Shown here in pieces: positions 9,251-17,848 of a stretch of DNA of 64,000 bases; position 1 is the stretch's first letter; the number at the start of each line of letters is the position of its first letter. Source of the stretch: an uncultured Alphaproteobacteria bacterium (GTDB lineage: Bacteria > Pseudomonadota > Alphaproteobacteria > Methylaequorales > Methylaequoraceae); contig CACAXP010000002.1 of the NCBI GenBank assembly GCA_902536485.1, positions 11,618 through 75,617 on the forward strand, given 5' to 3'. The notes beneath the pieces are model-generated. The model ran no database searches. It had not been told where the DNA came from and worked only from the letters and a program-made list of their open reading frames with translations. The position numbers and the translations under genes were made by a program.

Positions 9251-11320
9251 ATGTTTAATGTATCAAGTGTCCAACTAGATTGGCAAGGACTTAACTTAAA
9301 ATTAGAAACAGGGATGATTGCTAGACAATCTGATGGAGCTGTTTTAGCTACATTGGGGAACACCAGTGTTTTGTGTACAGTTAATGCTTCAAAAGAATCT
9401 GATCCAAATCTTGATTTTTTTCCCTTATCTGTTCATTACATAGAAAAAGCTTATGCAGCAGGTAAGATTCCTGGAGGTTTTTTTAAGAGGGAGGGCAGAC
9501 CATCTGAAATAGAAATTTTGAATTCACGACTTATTGATAGACCAATGAGACCTCTTTTTCATAAAGACTTTAAAAATGAGACACAAATAATATGTACAGT
9601 TTTAAATTATGATGGAGAAAACGATCCTGCAATTTGCTCTTTGATAGGTGCATCGGCGGCAGCAACTATTGCTGGTTTACCCTTTCTGGGACCCATTGCA
9701 GCTGCAAGAGTTGGTTTCTCCGACGGAGAGTTTATTTTAAACCCTACTAAAGAAGAGTTAAATGAAAGTGAATTAGATTTAGTTGTTTCAGGAACAAAAA
9801 GTGGTGTTCTGATGGTTGAGTCGGAGGCAAAAGAATTATCTGAAGAAATAATGCTTGGTGCTGTCCAATTTGGCCACAAGGAGTCTCAGTGCGTAATAGA
9901 TAAAATTATTGAACTTGCAGAAAAATCAGCTAAAGATTCGTGGGAAGTAAAATCAAAAGATAAACCCTCGTTTCACTCTGATCTTGAAACTTTAGCTAAA
10001 AAGACTTTTGAGCCAATTTACAAAATCAAAGAAAAGAAAAAAAGAAATGATTCTTTGAATGATGCAAGAAGCCAAATAGTGAGCAAATTTTCGCAAGAAG
10101 AAAGTGACGCAAACGAAATTAGTGACTCTATTAAAAATATTGAAAAAGAGATTGTAAGAGGCTCAATTCTTAAAACAGGAAAAAGGATAGATGGAAGAGA
10201 CTTAGACACTGTAAGAGATATAGATGTGAAGGTTGATATATTAAATAATGTACATGGAAGTGCTTTATTTACTAGAGGAGAAACTCAGGCAATAGTTACA
10301 ACTACACTTGGTACTAGTTCTGATGAACAGATGCTTGATACACTAGATGGTGATTTAAAAGAAAAATTTCTCCTTCATTACAACTTCCCTCCTTTCTCAG
10401 TAAATGAAGTTGGAAGAATCGGTTCTACAGGTAGAAGAGAGGTTGGACATGGAAAGCTTGCATGGCGCTCAATTAACCCAGTGCTTAAAGAAATGGATGA
10501 TTTTCCCTACACACTAAGAGTTGTGTCTGAAATAACAGAATCTAATGGTTCATCTTCCATGGCAACTGTATGTGGTACATCTTTATCCCTAATGGATGCA
10601 GGTGTTCCCATAAAAAAACCTGTTGCTGGTGTAGCTATGGGACTAATAAAAGAGAATGAAGAATTTGTAGTTTTAACCGATATTCTAGGAGACGAAGATC
10701 ACCTCGGTGATATGGACTTTAAGGTTGCAGGCACCAACGAAGGGATAACAGCTCTTCAGATGGATATTAAAGTTGATGGCATAACTCAAGAAATTATGAA
10801 TGTTGCGTTATCAAAAGCTCTAGTGGCAAGGAAGCACATATTAAAAGAGATGAATAAAGTCATAAATAAAGCACGTGAAGATACTAAGCCAAGTGCTCCC
10901 AAAATTATTAGCATTAAAATTGATAAGTCTAAAATTAGAGAAGTTATTGGTTCTGGGGGTAAAGTTATAAAAGATATATGCGAAAAATCTGGTGCAAAGG
11001 TAGAAATTGATGATCATGGACTTATCTCAATATTTGCTTCAACATCTAAAGATGGCGAAGTCGCAAGAGAAATGATAAATGATATTGTAGCTGAACCAGA
11101 AATTGGTAAAATTTATGAGGGAAAAGTTGTAAAAACAACGGACTTTGGGGCTTTCGTTAATTTTCTAGGGTCTAAAGATGGCTTGGTTCATATTAGTCAG
11201 CTTAAGGAAGAGAGAGTTGAAAAAACAACAGATGTTGTAAATGAAGGTGATATGGTTAAGGTAAAAGTTATTGGTGTTGATGATAGGGGCAAGGTAAAAT
11301 TAAGTATTAAAGAAGTTTAA
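9251..11320 (+). CDS. pnp: Polyribonucleotide nucleotidyltransferase (PNPase)
   Basis: 689 aa. Two RNase PH domains, KH ([13 protein letters not shown]) and S1 ([28 protein letters not shown]). Confidence 0.97.
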   Translation: MFNVSSVQLDWQGLNLKLETGMIARQSDGAVLATLGNTSVLCTVNASKESDPNLDFFPLSVHYIEKAYAAGKIPGGFFKREGRPSEIEILNSRLIDRPMRPLFHKDFKNETQIICTVLNYDGENDPAICSLIGASAAATIAGLPFLGPIAAARVGFSDGEFILNPTKEELNESELDLVVSGTKSGVLMVESEAKELSEEIMLGAVQFGHKESQCVIDKIIELAEKSAKDSWEVKSKDKPSFHSDLETLAKKTFEPIYKIKEKKKRNDSLNDARSQIVSKFSQEESDANEISDSIKNIEKEIVRGSILKTGKRIDGRDLDTVRDIDVKVDILNNVHGSALFTRGETQAIVTTTLGTSSDEQMLDTLDGDLKEKFLLHYNFPPFSVNEVGRIGSTGRREVGHGKLAWRSINPVLKEMDDFPYTLRVVSEITESNGSSSMATVCGTSLSLMDAGVPIKKPVAGVAMGLIKENEEFVVLTDILGDEDHLGDMDFKVAGTNEGITALQMDIKVDGITQEIMNVALSKALVARKHILKEMNKVINKAREDTKPSAPKIISIKIDKSKIREVIGSGGKVIKDICEKSGAKVEIDDHGLISIFASTSKDGEVAREMINDIVAEPEIGKIYEGKVVKTTDFGAFVNFLGSKDGLVHISQLKEERVEKTTDVVNEGDMVKVKVIGVDDRGKVKLSIKEV

Positions 11321-11321
11321 T

Positions 11322-12722
11322 ATGAAAAAAATAGACTCTATTGTTTTGTCCGGAAAAGAAAGCCTCCCTTTAATAGAGGGTGGTAAGGGGATAGCGATAA
11401 GTAGCGGTGAGAGTTCTGGTGCATGGGCTAAAGCAGGAGGCGTTGGAACATTTTCCGGAGTTAACGCAGATTCTTACGATGAAAATGGAAACTTGATACC
11501 TCAAATTTATAAAGAAAAAACTAGGTCCGGAAGACACAGAGAGCTAGTTGATTTTTCAGTTTCAGGAGCTATTGAGCAAGCAAGAATTGCAAGAGAAATA
11601 GCAGGAAAAAAAGCTCCAATTCACATTAATATTTTATGGGAAATGGCAGCAGCTGAGGAAATATTGACGAGAACACTGGAAGAAGCAAGTGATATAATTG
11701 ACGGAGTAACGTGTGGTGCAGGAATGCCATATAAGTTATCAGATATAGCTGCCAGATACGGTATTTTCTATTATCCAATTATTTCCTCTGCTAGAGCTTT
11801 TAACGCATTGTGGAAAAGGTCTTATAGAAAAACTTCAGAATTTCTTGGAGGGGTGGTTTATGAAGATCCTTGGTTAGCAGGAGGACATAACGGCTTGTCT
11901 AATAATGAAGATCCACTTAAGCCTCAACCACCCTATGAACGAGTAAGGGATTTACGAAGCTTGATGAATGAGTTCAAACTCCAGAACACGCCAATTATAA
12001 TGGCTGGAGGAGTTTGGAATTTATCTGAATGGGAGGACTGGATTGATAACGATGAAATAGGAAAAATTGCCTTTCAATTTGGAACAAGGCCATTGCTTAC
12101 ACAGGAAAGTCCAATACCAGAAGCGTGGAAAAAAAAACTCATGACAATAAAAAAAGGTGAAGTGAGTCTTCATAGATTCAGTCCGACTGGTTTTTACTCT
12201 TCAGCTGTCAAGAATAAGTTTTTGCTTGAACTTGAAGAAAGGTCACAAAGACAAACTCCTTTCCTTAAGGAACAGACAAACGAGTTTAATGAAAAGATTG
12301 AAATTGGACCAAGAAAAAGAGCTTTTTATGTAAAAAATTGTGATAAACTTAGAATTGTAGAATGGATCAAAAAGGGTTTTTCAAAACCTATGACTACTCC
12401 CAATAATACATTAATATGGGTGACTATTAAAAAAGCAAGTCAGATTGTAAAAGATCAGATTGACTGTATGGGTTGTTTATCTCAATGCTTATTCAGTAAT
12501 TGGTCACAAGAGGAAGGAGGAACCACCGGTAAAAAAGCTGACCCAAGATCCTTTTGTATACAAAAGACTCTGCAAAAAATTAGCCATGGTCTTTCAAATC
12601 TCGAAAACGAATTAATGTTTGCTGGTCACTCTGTCTACAGATTTGCAATGGATCCGTTTTATAAAGGTGGGTTTGTTCCAAAAGTAAATCAATTAATTGA
12701 TAGAATTATGAAGGGATTGTAA
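11322..12722 (+). CDS. Nitronate monooxygenase / 2-nitropropane dioxygenase-family FMN oxidoreductase (long form)
   Basis: 466 aa. N-terminus IEGGKGIAISSGESSGAWAKAGGVGTFSG resembles the NMO TIM-barrel opening (IQGGMG...AGGLG). Also PIIMAGGVW. Family assignment is from memory only. Confidence 0.6.
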   Translation: MKKIDSIVLSGKESLPLIEGGKGIAISSGESSGAWAKAGGVGTFSGVNADSYDENGNLIPQIYKEKTRSGRHRELVDFSVSGAIEQARIAREIAGKKAPIHINILWEMAAAEEILTRTLEEASDIIDGVTCGAGMPYKLSDIAARYGIFYYPIISSARAFNALWKRSYRKTSEFLGGVVYEDPWLAGGHNGLSNNEDPLKPQPPYERVRDLRSLMNEFKLQNTPIIMAGGVWNLSEWEDWIDNDEIGKIAFQFGTRPLLTQESPIPEAWKKKLMTIKKGEVSLHRFSPTGFYSSAVKNKFLLELEERSQRQTPFLKEQTNEFNEKIEIGPRKRAFYVKNCDKLRIVEWIKKGFSKPMTTPNNTLIWVTIKKASQIVKDQIDCMGCLSQCLFSNWSQEEGGTTGKKADPRSFCIQKTLQKISHGLSNLENELMFAGHSVYRFAMDPFYKGGFVPKVNQLIDRIMKGL

Positions 12723-12745
12723 TTTTCTAGAATTTCATTTAATAT

Positions 12746-13165
12746 ATGACAATGAAAAATAACCCACATATTAATAAGGCATTGGATGTTCTTAAGAAAT
12801 CCCCACTTAAATTAACAACTCAAAGAACAAGATTAATTGAAATTTTATTTAAAAATGGAGATCAACACTTTACCGCCGAAGACGTTTATAAAGAGGTAAA
12901 TAAATACAGATACAAAATTTCATTAGCAACTATATACAACTGTCTTAACCAATTCACTAAGCATGAGATTTTAAAATCAGTTAGGCTCTCTGGTGATAAG
13001 GTTTATTTTGACACTAATACAGAGAGACATCACCATTTTTTCTGTAAAAGCACAGAAAAACTAAGTGATATTAAATCCTCAGATGTTAAAATTTCAAATT
13101 TACCCAAAATTCCCAGGGGAAAAAAATTAGAATCTGTAGAAGTAGTAGTAAATATCACTGATTGA
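12746..13165 (+). CDS. irr: Fur-family regulator of the Irr (iron response regulator) type
   Basis: 139 aa. Blocks GDQHFTAE, SLATIYNCLNQFT and YFDTNTERHHHFF match remembered Bradyrhizobium Irr, including the HHH motif. Lacks the C-terminal CxxC pairs of classical Fur. Confidence 0.8.
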   Translation: MTMKNNPHINKALDVLKKSPLKLTTQRTRLIEILFKNGDQHFTAEDVYKEVNKYRYKISLATIYNCLNQFTKHEILKSVRLSGDKVYFDTNTERHHHFFCKSTEKLSDIKSSDVKISNLPKIPRGKKLESVEVVVNITD

Positions 13166-13184
13166 TATTGATTCTCATTATCTT

Positions 13185-13205
13185 AAATTAGAATAATTCT
13201 AATTT
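13185..13205. promoter_or_regulatory. Perfect 21-bp palindrome resembling the Irr iron control element (ICE)
   Basis: AAATTAGAAT-A-ATTCTAATTT. The core ATTAGAA-TAA-TTCTAAT matches 12 of the 14 specified positions of remembered ICE TTTAGAA-N3-TTCTAAA. Lies between the irr stop and the rubrerythrin start. Confidence 0.6.
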
Positions 13206-13209
13206 AATC

Positions 13210-13238
13210 TTGATAATAATTTTGTCTTATACTATATT
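13210..13238 (+). promoter_or_regulatory. Candidate sigma70-type promoter for the rubrerythrin operon
   Basis: TTGATA (13210-13215), 17-nt spacer, TATATT (13233-13238). A strong SD GGGAGA lies 6 nt before the ATG at 13269. AT-rich context makes the hexamer calls weak. Confidence 0.35.
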
Positions 13239-13268
13239 TAATTTTTAATACTTAATGGGAGATAAATT

Positions 13269-13682
13269 ATGTCACTTAAAGGAAGTAAAACTGAAGAAAA
13301 TTTAAAAGCAGCATTTGCTGGAGAATCTCAAGCGAATAGAAGATACCTTTACTTTGCTCAAAAAGCAGATGTAGAGGGTCATAACGACGTTGCTGCTGTT
13401 TTTAGATCCACAGCTGAAGGTGAAACTGGACACGCACATGGTCATCTAGAATTTCTTGAAGAAGTTGGCGACCCTGCTACTGGTGAGCCTATTGGTTCAA
13501 CATCGGAAAACTTAAAAGCTGCTATAGCTGGGGAAACACACGAATACACTGATATGTATCCCGGTATGGCTAAGACAGCAAGAGATGAAGGTTTTGATGA
13601 AATAGCTGATTGGTTTGAAACTCTTGCTAAAGCTGAAAAGTCCCACGCAGGAAAGTTCCAAAGAACACTTGACGACATGTAA
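13269..13682 (+). CDS. rbr: Rubrerythrin-family diiron protein lacking the rubredoxin domain (erythrin-like)
   Basis: 137 aa. Duplicated ferritin-like halves ([18 protein letters not shown]...[10 protein letters not shown]; [18 protein letters not shown]...AEKSHAGKF). No C-terminal CxxC...CxxC module. Confidence 0.85.
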   Translation: MSLKGSKTEENLKAAFAGESQANRRYLYFAQKADVEGHNDVAAVFRSTAEGETGHAHGHLEFLEEVGDPATGEPIGSTSENLKAAIAGETHEYTDMYPGMAKTARDEGFDEIADWFETLAKAEKSHAGKFQRTLDDM

Positions 13683-13688
13683 TAGGTA

Positions 13689-13722
13689 ATTAGGGGATTA
13701 ACCTCCCCTAATATTTTAATTT
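13689..13722 (+). terminator. Intrinsic-terminator-like hairpin between rbr and the downstream Fe-S gene
   Basis: ATTAGGGGA (13689-13697) pairs perfectly with TCCCCTAAT (13704-13712) around a 6-nt loop, followed by ATTTTAATTT. The next ATG is at 13723. Confidence 0.55.
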
Positions 13723-15069
13723 ATGTCAACAAAAGAAGGTAGTTTAGGGGCACCAGTCAGGCATCCTATAGATTGGAATAACCCAAATTTCGTCGACGAA
13801 AAACTTTTAGACGATGAACTAAGACGTGTATTTGATATTTGCCATGGATGCAGAAGATGCTTTAATCTTTGCGAAAGTTTTCCGAAGCTATTCGATTACA
13901 TTGATGATTCTAAATCTGGAGAGTTAGATACTGTTTCAAGCGATAAGTTTAAAGATGTTGTAGATGCCTGCACTCTTTGTGACATGTGCTTTTTAACAAA
14001 GTGTCCGTATGTTCCACCTCATGAATTTAACATTGATTTTCCTCACCTCATGTTGAGGTACAGAGTTGCTGAAAGAAAAAAAGGTAAAAATAAATTAATT
14101 GATGATCAACTTACAAAAACTGATAGGAACGGCAAATTCTTTTCTAAATTTTCTAACCTTGCAAATTGGTCAACAAAAACATCAAATAACATAACAAGAC
14201 CAATCATGGAAATGCTTCTAAAAATAGATAAGGAAGCTGAACTCCCAAAATTCTACAAAGAGACATTAGTTGACCAAGTTGATAAGAAGAAAATAATTGC
14301 AAAAAAAAATCAGCAAAAAGTAATTATTTTCCCAACATGTTTTGTTAATTACAATAACCCCGACCTGGGTTTTCTTGCAAAAAAAATATTAGATAAATTT
14401 GGAATTCATAATGAATTTTTTTACAATGGTTGTTGCGGAATGCCTCAACTTGAGGGAGGGGATATCAAGTCAGTTTCACAAAAAGCATCAGAAATGAGTT
14501 TTAAGCTTAAAAGTTTTATTGACGAAGGCTATACAATTTTGTCAATCGTTCCTTCATGTACATTAATGCTAAAGTTCGAATGGCCGTTACTTTTACCAGA
14601 GAACAGTGATGTAAAAAAGCTATCAAAAAACACGAAGGATATTTGTGAGTTTCTTGCTGAAAATATTAACGATGACAATAAACATTTGCTTAAACCAGTT
14701 GATAAGGAAAATAATGTTTCTCTACATATATCTTGTCATTCACGGGCTCAAAATATAGGACAAAAAGCAACTGAATTATTAAGACTTATACCACAACTCA
14801 AGCTTGATGTTATTGAAAGATGCTCTGGTCATGGAGGTTCATGGGGTATAAAAAAAAATAATTTTGAAATGGCAATCAAAGTCGGAAAGCCAGTAGCACG
14901 TAAAGTAATTCAATATGAAAATGAGTATGTTGTTTCCGAATGCCCTCTAGCTGGAACTCATATTCAACAAGGTGTAAACAAAATTGACAACTCTAAGAAT
15001 GTAAAAGTATTGTCACACCCCTTGGAGATTCTGGCAAAATCTATGTCTATAATGTTAAAGGAGAAATAA
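13723..15069 (+). CDS. HdrD/GlpC/GlcF-like iron-sulfur oxidoreductase (two ferredoxin-type Cys clusters plus CCG-type Cys-rich domains)
   Basis: 448 aa with CHGCRRCFNLCESFP and CTLCDMCFLTKCPY (4Fe-4S motifs). NGCCGMP and ERCSGHGGSWG are CCG-like motifs. Confidence 0.75.
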   Translation: MSTKEGSLGAPVRHPIDWNNPNFVDEKLLDDELRRVFDICHGCRRCFNLCESFPKLFDYIDDSKSGELDTVSSDKFKDVVDACTLCDMCFLTKCPYVPPHEFNIDFPHLMLRYRVAERKKGKNKLIDDQLTKTDRNGKFFSKFSNLANWSTKTSNNITRPIMEMLLKIDKEAELPKFYKETLVDQVDKKKIIAKKNQQKVIIFPTCFVNYNNPDLGFLAKKILDKFGIHNEFFYNGCCGMPQLEGGDIKSVSQKASEMSFKLKSFIDEGYTILSIVPSCTLMLKFEWPLLLPENSDVKKLSKNTKDICEFLAENINDDNKHLLKPVDKENNVSLHISCHSRAQNIGQKATELLRLIPQLKLDVIERCSGHGGSWGIKKNNFEMAIKVGKPVARKVIQYENEYVVSECPLAGTHIQQGVNKIDNSKNVKVLSHPLEILAKSMSIMLKEK

Positions 15070-15659
15070 TGAAAAAATTTAGTATTAAAGAAGACGACGT
15101 AATTAATATTGATAAGTATATAAACGAAAGACCGAAGATAAAAAAAGAAATTTCTGAAATTAAAAAGTTCAGAAGAATCCCTGTAGGGCCATACGCTACT
15201 TTTTATTTTGAGTGTTATGACACAATGATTTATCAAGTTCAAGAAATGCTCTATATAGAAAGAGGTGGTATTGAACAGATGAAGGATGAATTAAAAGCAT
15301 ATAACCCTCTTGTTCCAAAAGGAAAAGAACTCGTTGCAACTTTGATGTTTGAAATAGATAACGAATTTAAGAGAAAAGAATTTCTAACCTCAGTTGGGGG
15401 CATTGAAGAAGAAACTTTCATCCAAATTGGTGAACATAAGATTATGTCAAGGCCCGAACAGGACACCGATAGAACAAGCGAGGATGGTAAAGCGTCTTCA
15501 GTTCATTTTTTACATTTTGATTTTACTGAAGATCTAATAAAGGAGTTTGTCAAAGAAGGAAGCACGATCTTGTTAGGATTTAGCCATAAAAACTACAAGC
15601 ACTTTAGTGAATTATCTTCAGAGGTTAAAAGTGAATTAAAAAAAGATTTTAATATGTAA
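15069..15659 (+). CDS. Conserved hypothetical protein, probably DUF3501 family
   Basis: 196 aa. 1-nt TAATG overlap with the Fe-S gene. I recall DUF3501 proteins being adjacent to rubrerythrin and HdrD-like genes in other proteobacteria. No HMM was run. Confidence 0.5.
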   Translation: MKKFSIKEDDVINIDKYINERPKIKKEISEIKKFRRIPVGPYATFYFECYDTMIYQVQEMLYIERGGIEQMKDELKAYNPLVPKGKELVATLMFEIDNEFKRKEFLTSVGGIEEETFIQIGEHKIMSRPEQDTDRTSEDGKASSVHFLHFDFTEDLIKEFVKEGSTILLGFSHKNYKHFSELSSEVKSELKKDFNM

Positions 15660-15663
15660 TTAA

Positions 15664-16131
15664 TCATTCAATACCCCATAAACTGTCTTTAGGGACCCAA
15701 CCCTTAATTTTATCGCTTGTTACCTTACACCATCTTTTTCTACATTTTTCTAGTTTTAAAATAAAATCCATTTTCGCAAATGCCAATATCTTTGAGTTAT
15801 GATTTGGGAATTTTAAAATCTTCTCTGAGCTTTTTGTCATAATTACATAAGCATCGTTTGAAAGTTGAGTTTTAGACACCCAGCCTTTATTTTCGTTGAA
15901 ATCAACAACTCTATACCAGTTTTCAAATTTTTCAATGACAAGTAGTGGGTAGCCTTTTTTTAGAATTTTAAAAAGAACAAGGTTGTTAAGTCCTGGACCA
16001 TTTCGCACATTAACTTCGTTATAACGAGTAGTTAAATATTTATTTTTTTTCGAAGCATCAACCTTATTAAATGCTATACTTAATAGAATAAAGGAAATGA
16101 CAGACAATTTCAAAAACATAAAAGTTCTCAT
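15664..16131 (-). CDS. Secreted SH3-domain protein (bacterial SH3 / DUF1058-like, two repeats)
   Basis: 155 aa. Signal peptide (FLKLSVISFILLSIAFNKVDA), then two SH3b-like units (VNVRNGPG...GYPLLVIEKFENWYRV...GWV; ...RWCKV...KGWVPKDSLWG). Confidence 0.7.
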   Translation of the reverse strand: MRTFMFLKLSVISFILLSIAFNKVDASKKNKYLTTRYNEVNVRNGPGLNNLVLFKILKKGYPLLVIEKFENWYRVVDFNENKGWVSKTQLSNDAYVIMTKSSEKILKFPNHNSKILAFAKMDFILKLEKCRKRWCKVTSDKIKGWVPKDSLWGIE

Positions 16132-17086
16132 AACTAGGAAATTACCAGAAAAAATAGAAAAAAAGCTAGAAGAAAATTTTTCAGTTGTTTTAAATAAAAA
16201 TGATAAAAAATATTCTTATAAAGATTTAAAAAAAAAAATTGAAAACATAGACATTCTTATTCCTTGCATATCAGATACTATTGACGCTTCAATAATAAAA
16301 GCAGGAAAAAAACTTAAGCTTATATCTAACTTTGGCAATGGAGTAGATAATTTAGATTTAATTACCGCAAATGAAAGAAAAATAAAAGTAACAAATACAC
16401 CAGATGTCCTCACTGATGATACAGCAGATGTAGTTTTAACAATGCTTTTGATGATTTGCAGAAAAATTTTAGTTGCAAGAGAAAGAATAATAAAAGGAGA
16501 ATGGAATGGTTGGGGGCCAAGTGAAACTTTGGGAGAGAGAATTTTGGGAAAAAAACTTGGTATTATAGGTATGGGAAGAATTGGGTTAGCTGTGGCAAAA
16601 AGATTGAATATCTTAGGTATGGAAATTAATTACCATAATAGAAAAAAGTTAAATCACAAAATAGAAAAAATGTATGGAGCAAATTACTGGAAAGATTTAG
16701 ATAAAATGCTTGCATATATAGATGTGCTTTCCATTCATTGTCCATACACTCCTGAAACTTTTCATTTATTATCAAAAAGGAGACTTAGGCTACTTAAAAA
16801 AAACTGTGTTGTAATTAATACATCCAGAGGGGAAATAATTGATGAGGAATCTTTAGCTGATCTTCTTTTTAGAAATAAATTGGGAGGGGCAGGACTCGAT
16901 GTGTTTGAACATGAGCCCCAAATCACTCAAAAACTTTTTGAATCAGAAAATGTTGTTTTGCTTCCTCACATTAGTTCTGCAACAAGTCAAAGTCGTGAAG
17001 CGATGGGTGAAAGAGTACTTAAAAATATTCAATTTTTTGCTAAAGGTAAAGCTCTCCCTGATTTAGTAGTAAGAAAAAGAGATTAA
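16097..17086 (+). CDS. D-isomer-specific 2-hydroxyacid dehydrogenase (glyoxylate/hydroxypyruvate reductase-like)
   Basis: 329 aa. NAD fold GIIGMGRIGLAVAKRL, NTSRGEIIDEESL, and the catalytic His context LLPHISSAT. Confidence 0.85.
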   Translation: MTDNFKNIKVLITRKLPEKIEKKLEENFSVVLNKNDKKYSYKDLKKKIENIDILIPCISDTIDASIIKAGKKLKLISNFGNGVDNLDLITANERKIKVTNTPDVLTDDTADVVLTMLLMICRKILVARERIIKGEWNGWGPSETLGERILGKKLGIIGMGRIGLAVAKRLNILGMEINYHNRKKLNHKIEKMYGANYWKDLDKMLAYIDVLSIHCPYTPETFHLLSKRRLRLLKKNCVVINTSRGEIIDEESLADLLFRNKLGGAGLDVFEHEPQITQKLFESENVVLLPHISSATSQSREAMGERVLKNIQFFAKGKALPDLVVRKRD

Positions 17087-17089
17087 TAA

Positions 17090-17848
17090 TTAGTTACAAA
17101 TTTTACACCTAGGATTTTTTTTTGTTCTAATTTTTTGGAAGTTTCCCTCAAAGGTATCAAATAAAATTAGTTCTTGGAAAACTTTTTGAGACGAGGAAAT
17201 TAATAATTTAATGGTTAACATAGCCTGTAATACCCCACCAAAACCAGCTACTGGTGAAACAATTCCTTGTTCGTTACAGCTTTGACCAACGTTATTACGA
17301 GTTTTTGGAAAGATACAGTTGTAGCATGGATACGGTCCTTTTTTCCATGATGAAAAAACTGATGCTTGCAAATCAAAGTTTTGAAGGGCTGCACTTACTA
17401 GTATTTTTTTTTTTTTAAAACAATACTCATTTATCATATATCTTGATTGAAAATTGTCTGTACAATCTAAAATTATTTTGTATGCAGATAAGTAATTGTC
17501 TATATTTTTCTTGCTAATTTTTGTTTTACTGATTTCAATTTTTGCTTCAGGGTTGATTTCTTGTAGATTTTTTTTGAGAGTGTCAACTTTATATTTACCA
17601 ATGTCTTTTTCAAAGAATAGTGTTTGCCTATTTAAATTACTAAGGTTAATTAAGTCATTATCAATAAGCATAATATTTCCAACTCCAGTCATTGAGAGGT
17701 ACTGAGCAGCTGATGAGCCTAGACCTCCACAACCAACAATACAAATGGAAGATTTTAAAATTTTTTTTTGACCACTTATGCCAATTTTTTCAATTATGAT
17801 TTGACGAGAATATTTTTCAATTTGTTTGTCTGTAAGTTTAGCCATCAA
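17090..17848 (-). CDS. ThiF/MoeB-family E1-like adenylyltransferase
   Basis: 252 aa. IVGCGGLGSSAAQYL nucleotide loop, NLNRQ, and zinc-site pairs CYNC and CKIC. ATGA overlap with the cysK stop. Confidence 0.85.
   Translation of the reverse strand: MMAKLTDKQIEKYSRQIIIEKIGISGQKKILKSSICIVGCGGLGSSAAQYLSMTGVGNIMLIDNDLINLSNLNRQTLFFEKDIGKYKVDTLKKNLQEINPEAKIEISKTKISKKNIDNYLSAYKIILDCTDNFQSRYMINEYCFKKKKILVSAALQNFDLQASVFSSWKKGPYPCYNCIFPKTRNNVGQSCNEQGIVSPVAGFGGVLQAMLTIKLLISSSQKVFQELILFDTFEGNFQKIRTKKNPRCKICN

Noticed and set aside
9607-10209. Minus-strand ORFs inside pnp (9607-9879, 10018-10209). Similar embedded ORFs lie elsewhere: 13442-13678, 14964-15242, 15251-15466, 16216-16413, 17496-17705.
   Set aside because: They are embedded antisense ORFs within confidently assigned genes and show no motifs. 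I treat them as spurious.
13269-13682. The visibly higher G+C of the rubrerythrin gene, considered as a sign of horizontal transfer.
   Set aside because: It is explained by the Ala/Gly/Glu/His-rich composition and the probably high expression of the protein. The flanking irr/ICE context argues that the gene is native and regulated.
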